From Cetorhinus maximus (Eukaryota): DNA of 64,000 nucleotides. The first letter of the stretch is position 1; every line of letters starts with the position of its first letter. The stretch lies in contig NC_135901.1 in assembly GCF_964194155.1 (NCBI RefSeq), positions 25,916,001 through 25,980,000 on the forward strand. The letters run 5' to 3'. Made by a program: the position numbers and the translations under genes. A model generated the notes under the pieces. It was not told the origin of the DNA and searched no databases. It was given only the letters and a program-made list of their open reading frames with translations. Positions 38,881-51,980 of the stretch are shown here, one piece after another.

Positions 38881-39430
38881 ATAAAAACAAAATAGTAGGG
38901 TTGCTGGAAATCTGAAATAAAAACAGAAAGTTCTGGAAATCCTCAGCAGGTTTGGCAGCTTCTATGAAGAGAGAGAAACAGATTTAACATTTCCAATCCA
39001 ATATGATTCTTCTTCAGAACTGAGTATTTCCAGCATTCTGATTTCATTTTAAAAACATAATTGATGTAAACTTTATTGTCCTTACAGATATCTGGATGTA
39101 AATCTGATTTCAGACCTTCCTCAGAACAGCTTGAAAACTGAGCTCCAGCTCATTGTCCATTCCAAACACTCGGAAAATAAAATCCTGACTCCAGTGAGCC
39201 CACTCCCCATGGGGCCCGTGGCCTCTTTTTCAGGATCTTAGAAAGTTTCTGAAGCTTCTCAGCTCACTCAGACACGTCTCCCTCCCTGCTTTCCGTGTTC
39301 ACCTGCAGTTTCAAGTACCCGCTGCTCTGAAGAAGAGTCATGTGGACTCGAAACATTGACTTTGTTTCTCTCTCCACAGATTCTGCCAGACCTGCTGAGT
39401 TTTTCCAGAATTTTCTGCTTTTATTTCAAG
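38881..39430. mobile_element. Two Penelope terminal fragments (- 38881-39050; + 39325-39430)
   Basis: Terminus sequence as at 9470-9566; 39327-39362 reads CTGAAGA-a-GAGTC-atgtg-GACTC-GAAAC. Confidence 0.8.
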
Positions 39431-39544
39431 TTCTTCCCATTGTGTTCATCCGTGATTTCAAGTTCCCCCTGCTGATGCAATGTCTGTGAAATTTATTCCC
39501 GCCCACCTCCCACCATTTCAGATTGCAAAAAGGTCAAAAGTGAT

Positions 39545-40510
39545 GATCTACAAGGATCAGTTCTGGTACCACCGTTATTCATAATTTACATTAATGATTT
39601 GGACCTGAGAACAAGTAATTCAATGTCAAAGTTTGCAGCTGTTACCAAACTAAGAGCATTTATCAAAAACTGAGGAAGAATGCAACATAATGCAAGAGGA
39701 TATTGGAAAAGTTACAGACTGGACAGTGAAGTGGCAAATGAACTTCAACAGAGATAATATGCGATGATGCACTTTGGTAGGAAAAGTACAAATATCACCA
39801 AACCTTAGAGAATAAGAAAGTTAAAGGGGTAGAAGAGCAAACCAATCTCGAATACAGGTGAACAAATAGTTAAAAACATCACAAGTCAGTAAATCAAATA
39901 AAAATGTTCACACAGGACCAGGATGTATTTCTAGGGTGTAGAATTCCGAAATAGTGAAGTTATGTTTCATTTGTGTAGGATCCTGTGTACAGTTCTGATC
40001 TCTGTACTGTAATAAGGATAAAGAAGAACTGGAGAAAGTGCAAAAGTGATTTGCACGGATGATGTCAGAACGGAGAGGTTACAGTCATTGGGAAACATTG
40101 AACAGGTTGGAGCTTTTACCTTTAGAAAAGGGAAGTCTTAGAGGTGACTGGATAGAGGTCTTTAAATTATGAACGGGTTCAATAAGGTAGATGTGGAATC
40201 CATAGTTCCACTTGTGGGAGAATCAAAATCTAGGGCCATGAATTCAAGATATTTCCCTGTTGGATTTATTGGGAAATAAGGAAAAATGTCTTTACTCGGA
40301 ATGTTTAGAATGAGAAATTCACAACCACAGGAAGAAGTTGGGCAAATAGCTTAGATTGTTTCAAAAGGAAACTAGATGATTACATGAGAGAAAGGAGATT
40401 AGAAAGATAAGCTGAAAGACTGAGATGAGGGAGATGGAATGGAAAGTGTCTTGTGTCCAATATAAACACCAGCGCACACTGGTTGAACTGAATGGCCTGT
40501 TTCTGGACTC
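39545..40510 (+). mobile_element. Very old CR1 RT-to-3'UTR fragment
   Basis: QGSVLVP..FIIYINDLD..SKFAAVTKL; W..KWQMNFN; CR1-like tail gaatggcctgtttct. Confidence 0.75.
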
Positions 40511-40829
40511 GATATTGTCTGTAATTAAATGTGACCTCCTACTGTCTCCTGATCAGCATGTTGCACATCCACCACTTGTACTGCTCATGCTCAGAGTACA
40601 ACTCGGTGCTGAGTAATCGTACTGGGCTCCTGTAGTCATTCTGACACATGGTTAATTATGGATTGTAGTACTGTCACTGAAAGCCCCAATTGATGAACAG
40701 AAATTTTCATCAACATGCCAAGATTGGACTGAATGACTCTTTTTCTGTAATGTAATCATATGTCGGAGACGGGGATTAATGTTCGAGTCTAAATGGCTGC
40801 GAGATGAGGTGGGTTAATATTTGAGCCCA

Positions 40830-41450
40830 TGAAAACCCCCTCCCCACCATAAACTGTTATCCTCATCACTGACTCCATCCTCTCACCCCCCTGACCACAG
40901 CCTGAGGCTGAACCAGACCAATTGCAAACTTAGTTTCCTATTTGACTGACAGCTGAGCTACCACTACATATCCACTAAGATCACCTCCTTCCTTCTCTGT
41001 AATATTGGTTGTGTCCATCCAATCTCAGCCCATTTCCTGCTGAAATTCTCACCCCTGCCTTTGTTACTTCCGGATTTGATGATTCCAATCCTCTCCCGGC
41101 TGGTCTCCCATCTTCCACCCTCCAGAATGTTTTGCTTATCCAAACCTTTTTTAGGTGGTCAGCAGTTGAGTGGGAACAGGGTGGATAGAGCAGAATGTGG
41201 GTCTCATGGACAAGATAAGCTGTTTAGAGGATGAAGGGAGATTGGAGAGAAACTAAATAAAGATGAGCTTAGGGCTAGAGTTGGGCAGATCTTTAGAGGC
41301 AGCTTGGCCCGGTGGGCTAGTGGAAGGGAGGTCAGCAGCAGAAGCAACTGATCAGAGGGTCTCAATCTTAGTGACAAAGAAGCTCCATGAGCTCCTCACA
41401 CTTGTTGTTGGGGGTGCGGATGGAGGAGACTGGGGAGAGGGAAAGCCCTT
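40830..41450. mobile_element. L2 fragments in opposite orientations downstream of the 41.6 kb ZNF
   Basis: 40830-41145 (+) matches L2 at 45320-45600; 41150-41450 (-) matches 34650-34830 and 60805-61100. Confidence 0.7.
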
Positions 41451-41644
41451 CAAAAGGAACTAACTTATGCTAGAGATATATTTTTAAAAACTCATCAGTG
41501 TGTTTAACACAAAGTTAATTTATTTGACTTTTTACCCTGAATATTAAGCCCTATAAGTAGACTGGAGTTTATTGACATCAGCAGAAACAGGCCCCATATA
41601 CTCCAGTCATGGATGTGAATAACAGCAAAATCTAATCACTGTAG

Positions 41645-42679
41645 TTACTTGTGAATTCTCTGGTGTCTCAGCAGTGCCAGTGACTGAGTGAATCCCTTCC
41701 TGCACACAGAGCAGGTGAATGGTCTCTGCCTAGTGCGAGTGCGCTGGTGAACAGTGAGTTTGTCTGTTCGGCTGAACCCAGTCCCATAGCGAGAGTACCT
41801 GAATGGTCTCTCCTCAGTGTGAATAAGTTGATGGGACATCAGTTCCCCAGAACTTTTAAAGCACTTCCCACAGTCTGGGCATTTAAAAGGCCTCTCAGTG
41901 TGAATTTGCTGGTGTCTCAGCAGGGAGGATAGCTGAGAGAATTCCTTCCCACATTCAGAGCAGTTGAACTGTCTCTCCAGAGTGTGAACTCGCTGGTGTT
42001 CCAGCAGGTGGGATGATCGAGTGAATCCCTTCCCACACACGGAGCAAGTGAATGGCCTCTCTGCAGTGTGAACTCGCTGGTATGTGAGCAGATGGGGTGA
42101 CCGAGTGAATCCATTCTCACACTCATAACAGGTGAATGGCCGCTCCCCAGTGTGAACTCGCTGATGTGTCAGCAAGTGGGATGGCTGAGTGAATCCCTTC
42201 CTACATACAGAGCAGGTGAATGGCCTCTTCCCAGTGCGAACATGCTGGTGTATCAGCAGGATCAATGACTGAGTGAATCTTTTCCCACACAGGGAGCACG
42301 TGCATAACTTCTCCCCAGTGTAAACATGCTGGTATATTAGCAGCTGCGATGACTGAGTAAATCTCTTTTCACACAGGGAGCAGCTGAATGGCCTCTCCCC
42401 AGTGTGAACCCATTGGTGTCTCAGCAGTTGGGATGATTGAATGAATCCCTTCCCACACTCAGAGCAGGTGAACTGTCTCCCCCGGGTGTGACGGTGCCGA
42501 TGAATTTTCAGTTCAGATGGGTATCTGAATTCCTTCCCACAATCCCCACATTTCCATGGTTTCTCCCTGGAGTGACTGCACTTGTGTTTCAATAGGCCAG
42601 ATGATTGGTGGAAGCCTCGTCCACACACACAACACGTGTACTGTTTCTCCCCACTATGAACGGCACTTTTTCCTTCCAT
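41645..42679 (-). CDS. C2H2 zinc-finger protein (type A), 344 aa, 12 units of which 4 lack a Zn ligand
   Basis: Open [17 protein letters not shown]...HQRIHK*; acceptor ~42793; H/C replaced by Y/R in four fingers, so possibly a young pseudogene. Confidence 0.72.
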   Translation of the reverse strand: MEGKSAVHSGEKQYTCCVCGRGFHQSSGLLKHKCSHSREKPWKCGDCGKEFRYPSELKIHRHRHTRGRQFTCSECGKGFIQSSQLLRHQWVHTGERPFSCSLCEKRFTQSSQLLIYQHVYTGEKLCTCSLCGKRFTQSLILLIHQHVRTGKRPFTCSVCRKGFTQPSHLLTHQRVHTGERPFTCYECENGFTRSPHLLTYQRVHTAERPFTCSVCGKGFTRSSHLLEHQRVHTLERQFNCSECGKEFSQLSSLLRHQQIHTERPFKCPDCGKCFKSSGELMSHQLIHTEERPFRYSRYGTGFSRTDKLTVHQRTRTRQRPFTCSVCRKGFTQSLALLRHQRIHK

Positions 42680-43194
42680 GTTCAAAATCTGAGGATGATA
42701 TTCAGTTTAGGATAAATTGGGCGACTCTCTCCAATCCTGATGTGATGCTTACTTTGAGTTTCTGGACTGCAAATACTTCTCCTTAATCCCCTCTGAAATT
42801 GAGTTAAACCAGGAAAAAGGGAGTGAGAGAACCCAAAAAAACACAAATCCAGGTTGTGAAATTCAGCTGAATGAACATGGTGGTTTTTGGGGCTGGCACT
42901 AGGAAAAAGTGACAATGAAAATTGTTAATAATTGTCATCAGAAACTGAACTGGGTTCAATAATATCCACCAGGGAAGGGAATAGCCACCTGATCTGGGCC
43001 TAAATGTGATTCCAGTCCCTGTGGGAGGAGTAATTGGAGAGGCAGGGGGCAAAGGAGGGGGATTTCATATATCTCAGAGGGTTGTGTGACTGGAGATTAC
43101 AGAGACAGGAAAGGATGAGGTCATGAAAGGATTTGAAAACAAGGATGCAAATTTAAAAATCGAAGCCTTGTTTGATCAGGAGGCAATGTATGTC

Positions 43195-43335
43195 AACAAA
43201 GTGAATGTTTCGAGTCCAACATGACTCTCCTGAAGAGTAGGGTCCCGAAGATGAGTCATATTGGACTCGAATCATTAACCTGCTACTTTCTGGCAGTGTT
43301 TATTTATTTCCAGCACTTTCTGTTTTTATTTCAGC
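43195..43335. mobile_element. Short Penelope-derived hairpin
   Basis: ttcgagtccaacatgactc...gagtcatattggactcgaa inverted pair followed by ttccagcactttctgtttttatttcag. Confidence 0.65.
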
Positions 43336-43592
43336 TCCTCACACTTGTTGTTGGAGATGAGGACGGAGGAGACAGGGGAGAGGGAGAGCACTTACAAAGG
43401 AAGTAACTTGTGTTAAAGATATTAAAAAGATTCGACAGGCTGTGTGTTTAACAGAAAGTGGATTTATTTGACTTTTATTCAGATTATTAACATCTATAAC
43501 AGGGCTGGAATTTATTAACATCCGCTGAAAAAGACCCTAATGAACATGGTCACATCCTGGATGTGATTAACAGCAAAATCGAGCTCTGACAG

Positions 43593-44725
43593 TCACTTGC
43601 GAACTCGGTGGTGTGCCATGAGGTGCGATTCCTGAGTGAATCTCTTCCCACACTCGGAGCAGGTGAATGGTCTCTCCCCAGTGTGAATTCTCTGGTGTAC
43701 AGTGAGATGAGATGATCGCCTGAACACAGTCCCACAGTGAGAACACCTGAAGGGCCTCATCAGTTTGAACACATTGATGGAGCATCCGTTGCCCAGAACT
43801 TTTACAGCAGTTCCCACATTCTGAGCATTTAAAAGGTCTCTCGTTAGTGTGAACTCACGGGTGTGACAGCATGGCGGATAACTGAGTGAATCTCTTCCCA
43901 CACTCAGAGCAGGTGATCAATTTTTCCCCAGTGTGAACTCGCTGGTGTGCAATGAGGTGAGATGATTGCTTGAAACCAGTCCCAAAGTGACAACACTTGA
44001 ATGGTCTCTCATCAGTGTGAACAAGTTGATAGAGCATCAGGTCCCAGAACTTTTATAGCACTTCCCACAGTCAGGGCATTTAAAAGGTCTTTTCTCAGTG
44101 TGAACTTGCCGGTGTGCCATGAGGTGAGATGATTGGGTGAATCCCCTCCCACGCTCAGAGCAGGTGAATGGCTTCTCCCAAGTATGAATTTGTTTGTGTA
44201 CAGTGAATTGATATGATCGCCTGAACTCAGTTCCACAGTGAGAGCACCTGAAGGGTCTCTTGTCAGTGTGAACATGTTGATGAGACATCAGTTCGCTGGA
44301 ACTTTTATAGCACTTCCCACAGTCTGGGCATTTAATAGGTTTCTCCCCAGTGTGAACTCATCAGCAGGGTGGATGTATGAGTGAATCCCTTACCACACGT
44401 GGAGCTGCTTAATGGCCCCTCCCCAGTGTCACTGCATTGGTGAATTTCCAGCTTCCAGGTAGCTAAATCCCTCCTCACATTCCCCACATTTCCACAGATT
44501 CTCCCCAGTGTAACTGCACTTGTATTTCAACAGGCGAGATGATCCTCTGAATCCTCGTCCACGCTCAGAACATGTGTACACGTTTCTCCCCGCTGTGAAA
44601 GGGGCTTTTCCCTTCCATATTTAAAGTCCAATGATATTCAGTTACGATAAATTGGGCGACTCCGTCAGATCCTGATGTGATGTTTGGTTTGAGTTTTTTG
44701 ACTGCAAATCCTCCCCTTCTAATAC
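43593..44725 (-). pseudogene. Type A C2H2 ZNF pseudogene
   Basis: ATG at 44618 (MEGKSPFHSGEK); fingers split among frames 44037-44288, 43855-44037, 43593-43901; stops and deletions near 44360-44560. Confidence 0.85.
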
Positions 44726-44965
44726 TCTGTGAAACTGACTTAAAACGGAAAAAAGGGAGTGAGAGAGAACCCACAAAAACACAAAAAGCAGATTGTGAAA
44801 TTGGGCTTAAAATCTGTGAATTTGTGGGACTAGCACTGGGGAAAAATGACATTGAAATCTGCTGGATTGTCATAACAATTCAACTGGTTCACTAATGTTC
44901 GTCAGGGAAGGGAACCTATCATCCAGTCTGGGCCTTAACAAGACCCTGGCCTCTATGGGAGGAGG

Positions 44966-44973
44966 GACAGAGC

Positions 44974-45006
<33 letters not shown>

Positions 45007-45052
45007 GTGGGGGGTGAGAGAGATGCAGAGGGGTAAAAAGGGAGAGAGAGAG
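44966..45052. repeat. (GA)n-rich microsatellite
   Basis: agatagagagagagatagagagagagagagagg... Confidence 0.9.
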
Positions 45053-45099
45053 ATGGGAGTGGCAGGGGTGAAGGAGAGGGATTTCATATCAACTCGACC

Positions 45100-46250
45100 A
45101 GAACATTGACAGAACCTCCCAAACCCTTAATTGACATCACCTAGAAGGAACAGGGTAGCAGGTGTATGTGAACACCATCACTTCCAAGTTCCCCTCCAAG
45201 TCACACACTGTCCTGACTTGTCTGACATCCAGTACTGGATGAACAGAAATGTCCTCCAATTAAATATTGAAAAAATTAAAGCCATTGTCTTCAGTCCCCG
45301 CTACTAACTCCACTCCCTAGCCACTGACTCCTTCCCTCTCCCCGGCAACTGTCTGAGGCTGAACCAGACTCTTCACAAACTTGGTGTCATGTTTCAAACT
45401 AAGCTTCCATTCACATATCTCCATTATCACCAAGACTGCCTATTTCCACCTCAGTAACATCACCCAACCCTGTCCTTGTCTCAGCTCATCTGCTTCTGAA
45501 ACTCTCATCCATTTTTTTATTATCTCGAGGCTTAACTATCCTAACACACCCCAGGCCGGCCTCCCACATTCACCCACCAGTAATCTTGAGATGATTCAAC
45601 ACTCTGCTGCCCATGTGTTTACTTGCAGGAAGTCTTGTTCACCCATCACCCCTGTGCTCACTGACCAACAAAGGCTCCTGTTTAAGAAGCACCAACATTT
45701 TGAAATTCTCGTCCTTGTTTTCAAATCCATCTGTGGCTGTGATCATTCCTATCCCTGTGATGTCCTCCAGTCCCACAACCCTCCGAGATGTCTGCGCTGA
45801 TCTCTTGGCCATTCCTGACCGTTCTTTAAGTTTCTGAAGCCCCAAGCTCTGGAATTTCCTCCCTAAACCTCTCCACATCTCTGCTCACTTTCCTCCTTTA
45901 AGATTCTCCTTAACCTACCTCTTTCACAAAGCTTTTGGTCACCTTCCCTAAATTCTCCTTACGTGGCTTGGTGTCAAATGTTGCTTTGTAATATTTCTGC
46001 AAAATGCCTTGGAACATTATATTACATTGAAGATGCTATATAAATATAAATTATTGTTGGTTTGGACATATATCACTGTTCCTTTATACTCACTGGCTGA
46101 AAATCCTGTACCTCCTTATCTAGCAGCATTGTGGGAGCACCATCACACACACTGCAGCGGTTCAAGAAGGTCAAACATCATCTTCCCCACAGGTAACTGG
46201 GCATGGGCAATATCTGCTGCTGGTCTTGTTAGTGACACCAAAATCCCAAG
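45100..46250 (+). mobile_element. Old LINE tail with nested L2; paralog of 31570-32620
   Basis: ORF 45381-45800 (ITKTAYFHL..ETLIH..SRLNY..IQHSAAHV); same junctions as 31570-32620 in reverse. Confidence 0.8.
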
Positions 46251-46435
46251 TATCACCTGTGTCAAATGGAGCGGCCCTTCCTTTAAACTCTATCTGAGAG
46301 GAGAGTGACTGTTCCCTAGAGCTTGATGAGAGAAGGCAGCTCAGAGTCAGATGCTGAACACACTGCACCCCATAGGGACATTACAAACTTCCCCCTTTCT
46401 TGGGTACTTCTTGCTGGAGTGATTGCAGCCAGCAC

Positions 46436-46850
46436 ATAGGAACAGAAGCAAGCCATTCAGCCCCTCAAGCCTGCTCCACTGTTCTATTAGATCATGGCTG
46501 ATCTGCACCACACCTCCCTTTTCCCAACTTGGATCAAATTACTTTGATATATTTACTGAACAAAATTCGATCGGTTCATGCCTTGAGAAATTCAATTGAC
46601 CCTCAGCATCCACAGGTTCTGGGGAGTTTGGTCCTGATTTCCACCACCTTTGTCTGAACATGTTGTTCCTGATTTCACTCCAGGTTCTATTGTTTTGATT
46701 ATGCCTTCTTGTTCTGGATTACCCAGCAAAGCAAATAGTTTCCCTGTATCTATCCTCACAAGCACATTGATCATTTTAAAAACCAGCATCATATCATCCC
46801 TGAAACTTCAATATTTAATGAAATACAAACCAATTTTCTGCAGCCTGCTC
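46436..46850 (-). mobile_element. Old CR1 3' fragment
   Basis: ataggaacagaagcaagccattcagcccctcaagcctgctcc...agatcatggctgatctg CR1 tail. Confidence 0.7.
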
Positions 46851-46851
46851 A

Positions 46852-47170
46852 CCTTGTTGTGCAGCAGCGTTGACCTGAATGACCTGGAGGAGCTTTCTCC
46901 CAATTGTTCAGAATGGAGACAATTTTTCCATCAAACTGCATCACACTTTGAGTCACATCATCTTCATGATGAGGCAGAGCAGCAGCAGAGAAGGAAATAA
47001 GTGGAAGCAAATGCTGCGCTCCAGATCCCAATACTTCATGGATGTCCAGCCCCATGAGGCCAAAGATCTGCAGGTCGAGAATCAGTCTGTTCAGTCACAA
47101 GGAGACCCATGGCAGAAACTCACCAGTCTGAGTAGGTGTCATCCTTGAATCGAGAGACTGCTGATGAAGT
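46852..47170 (+). mobile_element. RTE-clade LINE 3' end
   Basis: LEELSPNCSEWRQ...FE...QRRK then AKICRSRISLFSHKETH (degenerate RTE C-terminal CxxC..H motif). Confidence 0.6.
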
Positions 47171-48179
47171 ATTAAACAATGACCAAATGACTAACACAGG
47201 CACTTGGGCACTGAGAGAATACATGCAGCTGAACAGGTCGTTTAATTGAATTCTGGCCACAGGAAGCTCACTCCAGTGAAACCAGGCTGAACATGAAGAT
47301 AAGGCAGAAGCAGAAGCAGATGTGATAGCCCAAGATTAAACATAACGCAAACTGAATTAGAATGAACATTGGAGCAGCTTGATTAGATTCACAATAACTA
47401 AGCAATAATACACAGAGAACTTTCATTGAAGGATAATGAAAATACTGGACAGAGCTAGAAATAGTTTGATTCTCAGAGGATGAGGAGAGACTTGGTAGAG
47501 GATAGAGAAGGATGTGTTTCTGTAGCGACTGTATTTCTGCATTCTCACAAGGAAGGAGGTGGTTCGATGATGTCGCTGCTGCCATTAAGCTGTGGAAGTA
47601 AAATCAAAACTTTATTTAAACAGTGAAGTGGATATAGAAAGGAAGAGATCATGTCAGCTCAATGAAACTTGTACCATTTAGGGTTATTACTAAAAAAATA
47701 ACTATCGACGTTCCTGCCTCTGTGTCAGAAACCCCACTGTAGACAGTCCTGGGGAGTGGAGACGGCTCTCCAGCTCATTCTGGGTTGATATCAGACAGGA
47801 TAGGTGTGTCCGGCGGGTCCAGCTGTCCACTCCCATTGCGTGAGTTGTGGGAACTCATGAAACTCTCCAGGTTGAAGCGGGAACTGCAGATCCGCTGGAA
47901 CTAAACAGTTCCAGAATTGGAAGGAGCGTTAAACAGCCTGTGAATTCTTCCACTAATTCACACTGTTCTCCAAGGGTGAATTCAAAGAGTTCACTACACT
48001 GTGTAATTTCCTGAAATAATCCCTGCTGTTTGTCCTGAATTAATCCATTTCACTAACAAATGTTGAAATGTTTGCTCCCCACCCACAGGGTTTCATCTGT
48101 TTAAAGCCACAAACCGAAAGGTCCAGTTTTCGCCTGGAGTTTGAGACAGATCAGCTTTCAAGATGCAGACTTTGAGCCA

Positions 48180-48520
48180 ATGAGGGACATCCAGGTTCAG
48201 CCCCGCCCCTCGTTCACTCCGATTGGTTGGAGGACCAGCCGTTCGCTTTTGGTCCTCCAGTCCTGCCCCCTCTTCCTATTGGTCCGGAGCTGTCGTCAAT
48301 CACACCCCGAGCATTGTGATCTGAGCATGCGCGGGCCGTGGCGACAGACGGTAAGAGAGCTCGAGGCAGCGGGTTTAAAATGGAGGTTTTACAAACACCG
48401 AATGTGGATCCAGAACCCAAAATAAAACCGGCAACATTTTCTACTTAAGACGCGACTAGAAAACTGAATATTATCCCCGAGTCCCCGGTTTCTTCCGTTT
48501 CGCTCGGGTCCGACTCTGGG
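48180..48520. promoter_or_regulatory. CpG-rich, probably bidirectional ZNF promoter
   Basis: GC box ccccgcccc 48201, ATTGG 48222 and 48278, GAGCATGCGC 48323, plus-strand donor cg|gtaaga ~48350; lies between divergent ZNFs at 44.6 kb(-) and 56.9 kb(+). Confidence 0.68.
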
Positions 48521-48524
48521 GAGA

Positions 48525-49312
48525 GGCCAGCATTTATTGCTCACCCCTAGTTGCCCTTGAGAAGGTGGTGCTGAGCTGTCTTCTTGAACCGCTGCAGCCC
48601 ATGTGGTGTAGCTAGTCTGGATTCTTTTATGTAAGAAGAGAAGTTAGGTTTAAAAGATTAATTTGATAAACATAGTGAAGTTTAGAAACATAGGTGTCAA
48701 GGGAATATTTGCATTTTTGAATAAACCAGACTAGATTGTTTTCAAAAGACAGAGTGAAATGTGACACCTTAGCCAGGTGAAGTTTAGAAAGGGTGTGTTT
48801 ATTTTTCCCAAAGACTACTGGTAAAACTTAGTGGTATGAGAGATTTTATCAGAAACATAAAGACCAACGACATAGTGAAGCAATAGGAATTTGCATTCAA
48901 AGGGGAAGAAATGTATAAAGGAACAAATCTTGCGTGTAAGGGAAAGCAGTCTAAGGTTCAACGAGTGTGAAAAACCTTTAGCATCTATGCCTCAAACTGC
49001 TTCCTTCAGGGGCTGAAGTTAAGAGAACTCATTTGGATTCTTCTTCATTTAAAAAAAAATTCATTCATGGGACACGGGCTTCACTGGCTGGGCCAGCATT
49101 TATTGCCCATCCCTAGTTGCCCTTGACAAGGTGGTGCTGAGCTGTCGTCTTGAACCGCTGCAGTCTATGTGGTGTAGGTGCACCCACTGTGCTGTTAGGG
49201 AGGGAGCTCCAGGATTTTGACCCAGCAACAGTGAAGGAACAGTGATTATATTTCCAGGTCAGGTTGGTGAGTGACTTGGAGGGGAACTTCTCGGTAGTGA
49301 TGTTCCCATCTA
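48525..49312. repeat. Local inverted copy of the LINE-tail/LTR junction from 53787-54480
   Basis: 48611-49312 is the reverse complement of 53787-54480, including the poly(A)-aagaatccaaatgag junction; 48525-48610 repeats 49092-49177. Confidence 0.85.
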
Positions 49313-49985
49313 TGTAAAGAATCATTGAGTCATAGAATTGTTCAACAATTGTGGAGAAGATGATGTTTGACCTTGAACTGTTGCAGCCCGTGTGGTGAAG
49401 GTGCTCCCACAATGCTGTGAGATAAGCAGTCACAGGATTTTCACTCGGTGACGATGAAGGAACGGTGACATATGTCCAAATCAACAACAATGATGTGTAT
49501 TTATATAGTGCCTTTCATGTAATAGAACATTCCAAGGTGTTTCACTGGAGTCTTATAAAGCAGCATTTGACAATGAGCCCACATACGGAGATGTTTGGGC
49601 AAAGGTTTGGTCACAGAGGTAGGTTTTAAGAATTATCTTAGAGGGTATGAGACTGGAGGAGATCACAGACACAGGGAGGGATTTGAAAGCAAGGATGAGA
49701 AATTAAAAATTTAGGTGTTTCTTGAACTGAAGCATTTGAAGATCAGCAAGCACAGGCATGATGGGTGAACAAGACTTAGTGTGAGTAAGCACATGGGCAA
49801 CAGAGTTTTGGATGACCTCAAGATTACAGGGAGGTTTAATGTGGAAGGCCACCTGGGATTGTGTTAGGTTAGTTAAGTCTTGAGGTAACAAAGGAATGGA
49901 TGAGGGTTTCAGCAGCAGATGAACTGAGACGAGGATGGAGTTGGACGATTTCAATGAGGTGGAAATGGGCGGTCTTGGTGATGAT

Positions 49986-51160
49986 AAAGGGGAACCTGTA
50001 GAAATACTGTACTTGGATTTCCAAAAGGCATTTGATAAGGTGACACACCAAAGGTTATTGTGGAAAATAAATGCTCATGTTGTAGTGGGTAACATATTAG
50101 CATGGATAGAAGATTGGCTGGCTGGCAGAAAACAGAGAGTATACATAAATGGGTGTTTTTCTAATTGTCAGGATGTGATGAGTGGAGTCCAGCAGGGGTC
50201 TGCTGGATCCTGAACATTTAACAATTTATATCAATTACTTAGATGAGGGGAGCGAAGTCATGGGAGCTAAATTTGCTGATGACACCAAGATTGGTAGGAA
50301 AGTAAGTTGTGAAGATGACGTGAGAAGATTGCAGATGCATATAGATAGGTTGAGCAAGTGGGCTAAGATCTGGCAAATGGAGTATAATGTGTGAAAATGT
50401 GAAGTTGTTCACTTTGGCAGGAAGAATAAAAAGGCAGAGTGTTACTTAAATGGAGAATAACACAGAATTTTGAGGTGCAGAGGGATCTAGGTGTTCTAGT
50501 GCACGAGTCACAAAAAATTAGTATGCAGGTACAGTAAGTAATTTAGAAGGCTAATGGAAGCTTCTCTTTATTACGAGATGAATTGAACATAAAAGTCAGT
50601 ATGTTATACACCAGTTATACAGGGCATTGGTGAGACCACATCTGAAAAACTGAGAGCAGTTTTTGGTCTCCTTATTTAAGGAGGAATGTAAATGTGTTTG
50701 AGGCGGTTCAGAGGAGGTTTACTCGATTGATACCTGCACTGAGCAGGTTGTCTTATGAGGAAAGGTTGGTCAGGCTGGCCTGTTTCTACTGGAGTTTAGA
50801 AGAGTGAGGGGTGATTTGATTGAAGTATATAAGATCCTGAATCGTTTAGACAAGATGGACTTGCAAAGGATGTTTCCTCTTTTGGGTGAGTCCAGAACTA
50901 GGGGCATTGTTTGAAAATTAGGAGTCGCCCTTTCAGGACAGAGATGAGGAGAATTTTTTTCTCTGAGGGTTCTGCGACTCTGGAACTCTCTGCCTCAGAA
51001 GTCAGTGGTGGCAGGGTCATTAAATATTTTTGAGGTAAATAGAATCTTGTTAGGCAAGGGATTCAAAGGTTCTCTAATCAAAGTCATAATTATATTGAAT
51101 GGCGAAGCAGGCTTGAGGAGCCGAATTGCCTACTTATGCTCCTATTTTGCATGTTCACAT
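49986..51160 (+). mobile_element. CR1 RT-to-3' fragment inserted in the intronic L2 (49490-49985 / 51165-51310)
   Basis: DKGEPVEILYLDFQKAFDKVTH, KFADDTKIG; L2 sequence resumes at ~51165. Confidence 0.88.
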
Positions 51161-51980
51161 GATGCATATATGTGGTTGGAAGGTCAGTTTGGGGTGAAAC
51201 ATGACACTGATGTTGTGAACAGTCTGGTTCATTCTCAGATAGTTGCTAGGGGGAGGGATGGGGTCAGTGGCTATTGAATGGAGAAGGGACTGAAGACAAT
51301 GGTTTCAGTTATAGGGAAGGTGGTGGCATAGTGGCATTGTCACTGGACTAGTAATCCAGAGACCCAGGGTAATGCTCTGGGAACTGGATTGTAATCCCAC
51401 CATGGCAGATGGTGGAATTAAAAGTCTAATGATGACCATGAAACCATTTTTGATTGTCATAAAAACCAAACTGGTTCACTAATGCCCTTTAGGGAAGGAA
51501 ATCTGCCTTCCTTACCTGGTCTGGCCTACATGTGACTCTAGACCCACAGCAATGTGGTTGACTCTGTCAAACCATTACCAGCAATTGGATAAGGAATGAA
51601 ACCAGACAGACCACCTGGCATCAACCTAGGCCGGAAGCGACAATGGCAAACTCAGCCCTGTCGACCCTGGAATATCATCCTTACTAACATCTGGTGCCAA
51701 AATTGGGAGAGCTGCTCACAAACAAGTTAAGCAACAGCCTGACACACTCATATTCGCAGAATATAGTCCTTGTGGAGAAAAAGTCCTGTCTTCACATTGA
51801 GGATACCCTCCATCGTGTTGTATGGAACTACCAGCTTGCGAAATGGGATAAGTTTTGAACAGATCGAACAACTCAAAACTGGGCAGCCATGAGGCGCTGT
51901 GGGCCATCAGCAGCAGCAGAATTGTACTCATCCACAATCTGTAACTTCATGCCCTGGTATATCACCCACTCTACCATTAC

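Noticed and set aside
51316-51410. tRNA gene (also at 20488, 10876, 4420-4487)
   Set aside because: tRNA-like heads continue into SINE/LINE bodies and lack a proper acceptor stem and terminator.
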